This document shows, in pieces, positions 55,593 through 64,000 of a stretch of DNA of 64,000 nucleotides. The notes beneath the pieces are model-generated. The model saw nothing but the letters and a program-made list of their open reading frames with translations. It was not told the origin of the DNA and did not search any database. The DNA is from Octopus vulgaris (Eukaryota), in the NCBI GenBank assembly GCA_951406725.2, contig OX597826.1:76632001-76696000 (forward strand). The letters run 5' to 3'. Every line of letters starts with the position of its first letter. The first letter of the stretch is position 1. The translations under genes and the position numbers were made by a program.

Positions 55593-55672
<80 letters not shown>

Positions 55673-55761
55673 CTATCTATCTGTCTATCTATCTATCTCT
55701 ATCTATCAATCTATCTATCTATCTATCTATCTATCTACCCATCTATCTATCTGAAATAAGC

Positions 55762-55988
55762 AATCGTATATATATGTTTGTGAGTATGTGTGTGTTCGCC
55801 CTCGCACCATCGCTTGACAACCGATGCTGGTGTGTTTATGTTCCCGTAACTTAGCGGTTCGGTAAAAGAGACCGATAGAATAAGTACTAGGCTTACAAAG
55901 AATAAGTCCTGGGGTCGATTTGCTCGACTAAAGGCTGTGCTCCAGCATGGCCGCACACAAATGCCTGAAAGAAATAAACGAATAAAAG
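55762..55988 (+). mobile_element. SINE family B 3' half
   Basis: CATCGCTTGACAACCGATGCTGGTGTG..GAATAAGTACTAGGCTTACAAAGAATAAGTCCTGGGGTCG. Confidence 0.85.
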
Positions 55989-56045
55989 TACACCCACACA
56001 CACACACATCAGTCTGTCTGTCTCTCTCTGTCTCTCTCTCTCCCC

Positions 56046-56099
<54 letters not shown>

Positions 56100-56159
56100 A
56101 AATGTAATGTAATATATATAGGTATGTAAATATAAATGTATGTAATATATATATAAATG

Positions 56160-56217
<58 letters not shown>

Positions 56218-56897
56218 CATGTATACATATATTTATATATATATATGTATATGTGTGTGTGTGTGTACTTGTGTGTGTATGCGTAGTGCATCTGTATGCG
56301 CGGTGTGTTTCTATGTGTTCGTTAGCAATATGGCGTAGATTTCCCTCTCAAAGGCAACCGTTCATTACGTTATTAATACGCGCAATAAACTGCGGAGTAT
56401 TTAGCGCTGTATACCTACCGACCATTCATACTCACATTCAAACCCGACCACACTCAGATAATGGATGCCCATCATGGGAACCATCACTATCTGTAACCAA
56501 TATGGCATTTCATGCTAATAGCTAATCAGCCGACAACGTTGATTTATTTTTTTTATATATATAATATCGTAGATTGCTTGTCTGTATTTTTTGGTTTGTT
56601 CACCCTGAAGACCGACACTTTGTGGTCACTGATATTCTGTTTGTTTATCGAAATTATTTTTGCTGGCTTCGCTTTGCGATTGTGTTGTTCGTTGTGTATT
56701 CTACGTGGGAAGATAATGATGATTAAAACGAAGCCATTGCAGCGGTGGTAATTACGAAGGTAGAACTACGTAAAATGGCTAACACTTTCACAACAACAAC
56801 AACAACAAAGACAGCAGCAGTAACAACAGCAACAACAACGACAACAACGAGAATTTTACTACTACTACTACCACCACCACCACCACCATCACTGCTT

Positions 56898-56939
<42 letters not shown>

Positions 56940-56964
56940 ATAATAATAATAATAATAATAATTA

Positions 56965-57155
56965 TCCTTTCTATTATAGGCATAAGGCCTGAAGTTTGGG
57001 GGCAGGAGACTAGTAGATTAGATCGACCCCAGAATTTCACTGGTACTCAATTTATCGACCCCGAAAGGATGAAAGGTAAAGTCGACCTCGGCGGAAGTAG
57101 ACTAACAGGTGAAATAGCGCTAAGTATTCCGTCCAGCGCGCTAACAATTTGTCAT
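56965..57155 (-). mobile_element. SINE family A
   Basis: TTTATCGACCCCGAAAGGATGAAAGGTAAAGTCGACCTCGGCGGAA is the reverse complement of the family A core. Confidence 0.85.
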
Positions 57156-57157
57156 CT

Positions 57158-57257
<100 letters not shown>

Positions 57258-58499
57258 CCCTTCTTTATTGGCCACTAGGGCCGAACACAAAAGCAATTAG
57301 CGACAATACAAAAGAAGGGACAAGTGGGGTTTAAAACAGAAAACAAAACAAATTAAACGACAGTTAGACCATTTGTTTCTGATATTTATCTATAGGTCCA
57401 GTGTCCAAAATCCTTCGGAATAGACGAGCAAGATGATTTCTATCGAAGCCCAGTCTTTTTTTCTGAGAACGACAACGCGTTTGTCCGACTCTTATCCTTA
57501 ATGGAACTTAATTGTGGAACTTCCACATCATTCAACTGATAAAAAGGCGTAAAGACTTCAGACCATTCCTCATATCAGGCGCCCTCTCTTGGTCATTCTT
57601 CTTGACCCAAGGCTGCAGTTTTGTTAAAGAGACGAGATGTGGGCGTTTTCCTTGTCATTGGTCCGGATTTAGATTAAATTGCTTAGGTTTGTTATGGTGT
57701 GACCAGTTTTAATGTTGTCTGACAACAGTTTTTGTTTTGTTCATATACGGGCAGTAGATGCCGTAATACCGAGTCTTGAGCTAGTCTTTCAACTCTCTGA
57801 TTACAACACCAATCTTACACTATGTCAACGTGCATTGATTAGTTGGGTCGAAAACGCGACTCGATAGCACTTGATTTACTCTTCTATCGGTTCTTTTGAA
57901 GACTAAGTTTCCCTTTTGAACTGTTTCTCTCAAGGTCAAGCATTTCTGTGTCTTTGAGCTGCGTTAGCAAAACATTCTGTTGCTTCAACTCTCTGTCTAT
58001 ACTTTCTGCCGTCTGTGGTGTTCCTACTATAAATGCTATCGGTGTAGATGATTCTGACGGCTGCATTGGAAATGTCAATTGTGATGTTGTAGGCTTTTGT
58101 TAAGACGACCGTTTTTGAGTGGGCGGTTGCCTGTTACTATAGTGGGAGTGGTGGGGGAGACGATAATTGCTCAATATTGCGTTGAACGGATGGCGGCATG
58201 TTGTTGTTTATTTTAGATTTTCTGCAAGTGTTGTCGCTGTTATTGCCATGCGCCGTTGTGGTGGTAGCATTTGGCATGTTGTTGTCGTTGCTGCTGCTGT
58301 TGCTATTGAGCGAACGGTCTTCGTCCCAGAGCTCGCAAGATGGGAGAAGTCCGAAACGTGGTCCTTTGCTATTCATAAGACCCACAGAAGAAAAAGCAGG
58401 TCAACCCCGGCACCGAGAGCATCGACGGATGGATGAATGCGCATCCAGGCTCAGCGGTTGCGTAGGGAGTCGGGGTGCTGCTGCAGCTGCCGTTACGGC

Positions 58500-60460
58500 T
58501 ACAAATTGGGTTATTATAAAACTAAGGATAGAAAACTGCCGCGACGTACAAAATATTAGAACATCCATAATCCATCCACAGCAAGAGAAGTAATACCGAT
58601 ATCATAGAAACGCATCAATGGATGGGGCACCAGAACATGACATGATCCTCTAATTCTGCTAAAGATATTAAAAAAAGGCACATGAGTTATTAGGAGAGAA
58701 ATTTAATGAGATGCTGAAGGAACCAGAGATATCTGACTTTCACTGAAGGGAACACTATCTCAATCCTTAAGACCAAGGAAACCATAAATCTTTAAAAATA
58801 TAAACGCATAACTTGTCCTCGTTGACTCGGTGCAGGGGGTGAAAGGCCATCCCCTAAAAATGTTGGGGACAATGAAAATGCTATGAACATCCTCCTGGAA
58901 AACTTCATCGCCAAAACAAACAGGCGTAAAACATCTTTAGGATAATTTAAATATTTGTTTTCTGTTTTGGGGTTTATCTGATTTGAGTGGTGTACAAATA
59001 TGATAATAATAATAATATTAATTATTATTGTTATTATAATTATTATTATTATTATCATCATTATTATTATTGTTGTTGTTGTTGTCATATCTGTGTTTGT
59101 TTGATATTAAGATTGAAAAAATCAACGTTCTTTGTAAAACATTTTGGACTTGCCCTGGGCAAATTTCGTTGCCGCACTTAGGCACATCTTCATAAAACTT
59201 GCAATACTTAAGGGCTATAAACTCGTAAACATTGAATAAAGATCCGACAGAAAACATCCTGTTTTCAGAAAGACAAAGAAGGGACTACTAAGGGTGATAT
59301 ACGTGTAACCGATCAATAATGATCAACGAAGCTGTAAGCAGAAGCTGCCGAAGGAAGACAAAAGGACCTGAACAGGGCAGAGATTGATTATCTACTGGAT
59401 GGTTTTTGAGAGCATTCACCACACATAAATCTTGGAAACACTAGTCACAAATATAGTAGAACCACTAATAAGAAATTACAAGAAATATGACATGAATCAA
59501 TGGCAAAGAATTTTGCAAGAAAAGAAAAGCAAAAAGACAGATGGAAAAATCTAACCCGACCCTCATCAGAAGAATATTCCAGACGGACTTCTTTCTACAC
59601 ATTTTGTTTGCTTTTGATTGACATGCTAAACAGAAGAGGATGGGTATGGTGTTGCTATGGCAAGGCTGTTTAACATATTTTGCCTAAAGAAGATTTCCAG
59701 CTGTATGCAGTAAATGATAAACTGTTCGAAACATTACTATAATCAGTTCGCAGATTTACCAAATAAATAAATGTGTTATTCGGCTTAGAAAAATGCGTCA
59801 AAACCAGAAGAGAAAAATTAAGAATATTAATATCATAAAGAGAAATAAGATTAGAAATTTAGACCAAAAACGGACATACAAATATTTAAGAATCAATAAG
59901 AGAGAAAAATGTACGAATGAAAGAAAAGTTTAGGAATGGTAATAATAGATCCGCCAGATTAACACAGAGCTAAACTGCAAAATAAAATAACAATAAGGTT
60001 ATACGAATTAATCCATTGTTTGTCACAATTTTCTTATCCTCAACTGGACACAAGACGAACAAGCAAGACTAGACAGGAAAAATAAATTAAAACGAACTAT
60101 ACGAAATCTGAAATTGGAAAGCAATATTCACCATTAATACAAGGCGGTAGGAATCTTATACAACTAGAAATTTATTGCAAGAGATATCCACTGTAGGACA
60201 ACAAAAATATCATATACAGAATGATAGAAAATTAATATGAATAGCTACAAAACATGGACAAAATGAAAAGGTATTTTTTTGTGGTCATTTAAAGTGAAAA
60301 TATAAAAAACATGGCTACATTAAGGGGATGAAAAAACAAGTGCAACAATCGTGAAGTAGCTTACATTGAAACTAAAATTGGTGTCAAAGGATGCTGTGAT
60401 GAAGTGATGGTAAGAGAAGCCTCTACATGGTCAATACTGACAAAAGCTAAACAAAGGGCG
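58500..60460 (+). mobile_element. Old, heavily mutated R4/Dong RT region interrupted by an insert (~58820-59245)
   Basis: Collinear similarity to the 7169-8935 protein: LFSE.QR.. (LFPEEQK), IDY..F.SI.HT.ILETL, IFQ.D, LYAVNDK, FGLEKC, TYKYL, GGRNLIQLE, EKPLHGQY. Confidence 0.75.
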
Positions 60461-60494
60461 AATAGTCAAAGAGAAATCCTAAAACTGGTTGAGA

Positions 60495-60970
60495 AGTGCC
60501 GAACCGCAGTGTTACGGTGACGTAACCACACCAACTCCGGTTATCAAGCGGTGATGGGAACAAACGCAGACATAAAGACACACACACATATACGATGGGC
60601 TTCTTTTCAGTTTCCGTCAAGCAAATCCACTCACAAGGCTTTGGTCGGTCCGAGGCTAAAGTAGAAGACACTTGGCCATGGTGCCGCGCAGTGGGACTAA
60701 ACCCGAACCATGTGGTTGGTAAGCAAGCTACTTACCACCCTACGCCTATGGTTCTTAACCCCTTTTTGTATTTTTCATAACACCCCAATACCTAGTACCT
60801 ACCTGAGTGGTGGGTGAGGTATCACAAGTAAACTATCTTAACTCGGATCATAATTTATAAATTTTACTCTAAAAATGTATAGTATAAGCCATGGTGCCGT
60901 GCAGTGGGACTGAACCCGGAGCGATGTGAAAGTTGGGAAGCAAGCTTCTTCCCACACAGCCACGCCTATG
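60495..60970 (-). mobile_element. SINE family B copy (60495-60750) plus a second head (60888-60970)
   Basis: GCCGAACCGC..TCAAGCGGTG..AATCCACTCACAAGGCTTTGGTCGG..GCAGTGGGACT(A/G)AACCC. Confidence 0.82.
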
Positions 60971-61380
60971 AGTGTGTTTGTGTGCCTCTTTGTGAGTGTG
61001 TCAGTGTGTGTCCCATTGTGTGCGTGTATGTGTCATAAGCAACAGTCAAGTGTTATGCGATCAATACAGTCGACTGTTGCGTTTAATTTCAATATATTTA
61101 GCTGAAAGTTTCAACGGCCACCATCTTGGTTAATCTTTTTGTAATTGATTCAGCCAGGTGAAAGTAAGTTATGAAAGTAAATGAGGCAAACACACAGCCA
61201 GCCACAACAATACCTGGCCAGACTAATTATAACATTAACTAATCTAACAATAATTGTAATTGTTGCTCTCTCTCTCTCTCTGTCTCCTTCTTACTCCGTT
61301 TCTCTCTCTCTCTTTCTCTCTTTATGTCTACTTATCTGTCTTCCATGTTTTGTCAAGAGAATTAACAATTGACAATAACG

Positions 61381-61411
<31 letters not shown>

Positions 61412-61534
61412 ACAACAACAATGGCTGCAAATAATAACATTAGGAACAGCAGTGATTATACTATCGATTGCCATTGAATGATAATAACTCCGAAATATCG
61501 ATAACAATAAAATTGTTCGCAATGATATGACATA

Positions 61535-61593
61535 ATAATAACAATAATAATAATAACAATGATAATAACAATAATAATAGTAATAATAATAAC

Positions 61594-61688
<95 letters not shown>

Positions 61689-62097
61689 GAAGAAGAAGAA
61701 GAGCAGCAACAACAACAACAACAACAGAAGCAGCAACAACTTCGTTATCAAAAAGAACAATAGGTGTACGGAAAAGGAAGGACAACGCTACAATCATCAC
61801 CATGGCCACTACTACCGCCACAAGGAAGACGGCGAGGATGTCGACGACGACCACGACGACCACCACCACCATATGAAGAAGACCACCATTGTCTCCACTA
61901 TCATTGCTATCAGTGGCATGATTGCTACCACAACCACCATCACTATCACCACCAACACCAATACCATCATCGTCATCGTCATCATCATCGTCATCGTCAT
62001 CATCTTCATCATCATCGTCATCGTCATCATCATCATCGTCATCATCATCATCATCATCATCATCGTCATCGTCATTGTTATCATCATTGTCATCGAC

Positions 62098-62129
<32 letters not shown>

Positions 62130-62177
62130 CATCATCACCATCGTCATCGTCATCATCGTCATCATCGTCATCACCAC

Positions 62178-62218
<41 letters not shown>

Positions 62219-63147
62219 CCACCATCATCATCGTCATCATCGTCGTCATCGTCATCATCGGTATCATCAAATGAACATCCATTCCTGCTCACCGTCGATT
62301 CTGCGAAACAAAAGGTCAACAAGATGAACAATGGCCACAAGACCAACAATGCCAACGGCGACAACAACAACAATAACAACTGAACCGTCAGCAATTAAGA
62401 ACATTAACAACAACAATAACAACATTAACAACAACAACGACAAAAGCAATTACAATTTCCAATAATAAAAAAAGACCAGCAACTAAAACAATCCCGGAAA
62501 CAAGAATGATAATAACAGTAACAACAACAACAGCAATAACAACAGCAAAGACATCAACAAATATATGAAGAGAGAGAGATGCATCTTCAAATTGCAAGAA
62601 CAACATAAGTGTAACAATAATGTAATCGTCATCACCACCATCACTACCACCACCACCACCACAATCACCACCACCAACACCACGACCACCACCACCAACA
62701 TCATCACCTCCACCACCACCAACATCACCACCACCACCTTCTCCACCACCACCACAACATTCTCCACCACCACCACCACATTCTCCACCACTACCACCAT
62801 CACCGCCACCATCTTCTCCACCACGACCACCATCATCACCACGACCACCATAATCACCACCACCAGCAGCACGACCACGACCACCAACACGACCACCATC
62901 ATCACCACCACCACCATAATCACCACCACCAGCAGCACGACCACGACCACCAACACGACCACCATCATCACCATCACCACCACCACCACCACATTCTCCA
63001 CCACCACCACCACCACCTTCTCCACCACTATCACCACCAACACCACCTTCTCCACCACGACCACCATCATCACCACCACCACAATAATCACACCACCACC
63101 ACCACCACCATCACCAACATCTCACCACTACCTCAACCACCTTCTCC

Positions 63148-63179
<32 letters not shown>

Positions 63180-63440
63180 CATCGTATAGAAGCATTGCTG
63201 TCTCACAACAGCAACACCAACTGTAATAATAAAAATAAACAGTAACTCAAACGTCATACCACCTCAATCACATCACTTCACCAGCACAACCCACCGCCGT
63301 CTCCAGCAGCACCACCACCACTACCGCAGCCACCACCACCATTACCACAACCAATTCTTTCACCTTCTCCTCCTCCTCCTCCTCCTCCTCTCTTCCCCTC
63401 CTCCTCCTCCTCCTCCTCTCTTCCCCTTCCTCCTCCTTCA
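61535..63440. repeat. Large compound trinucleotide low-complexity block (TAA, CAT/CGT, ACC, AAC, CCT)
   Basis: Directly visible; there is an internal duplication of an ACCAGCAGCACGACC-containing unit at ~62825-62965. Confidence 0.9.
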
Positions 63441-64000
63441 ACGGAACAACAATAACAAACGTGTACAAGAAACGCTTCCTTTCCTTTTCTCCTCGAAAAA
63501 TATCAGGTTACACTGACGACCAAATGACAACAAAACTGACGACAACAAAAAAAAAACAGCAACAACAATACACAAAAAAAAAATAATAATAATAGAAGAC
63601 TATAAAATTAACAACAATAACAACAACGACGACAACAACAACAACAAGACATTCACAACAATAGCTGCAACAAAACGGTGGAAACATCATTCGCGAGAAT
63701 AATCAGTTTGCGACAGCATTCACAAGTTTGGAGAATGCCAATTATAGGTGAGAGAGAGAGAGAAGGAGAGAGACAGAGAGAGAGAGAGAGGGAGAGAGAG
63801 AGAATGGGAAAGAGGGTGTAAGAGAGGGGGTGAGAGAGAGAGAACAGTGGTGGTGGTGGTGGTGCTGGTGAAAGGAAGACCCTTTTATTTTTCTTGTTAT
63901 TTTGCTCTTTTCGCTGCTTTTCGCTGCTTTTTCGCAGGAAGTCGAAAATTATATAAACGCTGTCAAGCGATTGGGGTGTCGTCGCTGCTAAAGTTACAAT

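Noticed and set aside
61922-63245. Poly-Ser and Thr-rich (mucin-like) ORFs
   Set aside because: Several frames on both strands are open purely because of trinucleotide repeats; no signal peptide or splice support.

Overview
AT-rich eukaryotic DNA saturated with microsatellites, apparently intronic or intergenic. The repeat complement strongly resembles an Octopus (coleoid cephalopod) genome; this is an inference from the SINE families, the Dong/R4 LINEs and the microsatellite load. No intact host protein-coding gene is supported, and almost all listed ORFs are microsatellite artefacts. Identifiable content: (1) at least 8 fragments of R4/Dong-type RLE non-LTR retrotransposons, six of them packed into (TAA)n arrays at 4.2-8.9 kb, one with a nearly intact RT-CCHC-RLE frame; (2) decayed DNA transposons (Tc1 with long TIRs, two mariners, a maT/DD37D-like element, a Chapaev3-like fragment); (3) RTE-like LINE ends, one with three C2H2 fingers; (4) about 25 tRNA-derived SINE copies of at least three families. 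The most notable signal is four different minimal type I hammerhead ribozyme motifs (859-979 +, 3135-3170 +, 11861-11952 -, 46723-46770 -), each in a short ORF-less island flanked by (TA)n-type microsatellite, plus four long hairpins in similar contexts. This points to diverse Penelope-pLTR/retrozyme-like non-autonomous elements. All folding and alignment was done by eye.
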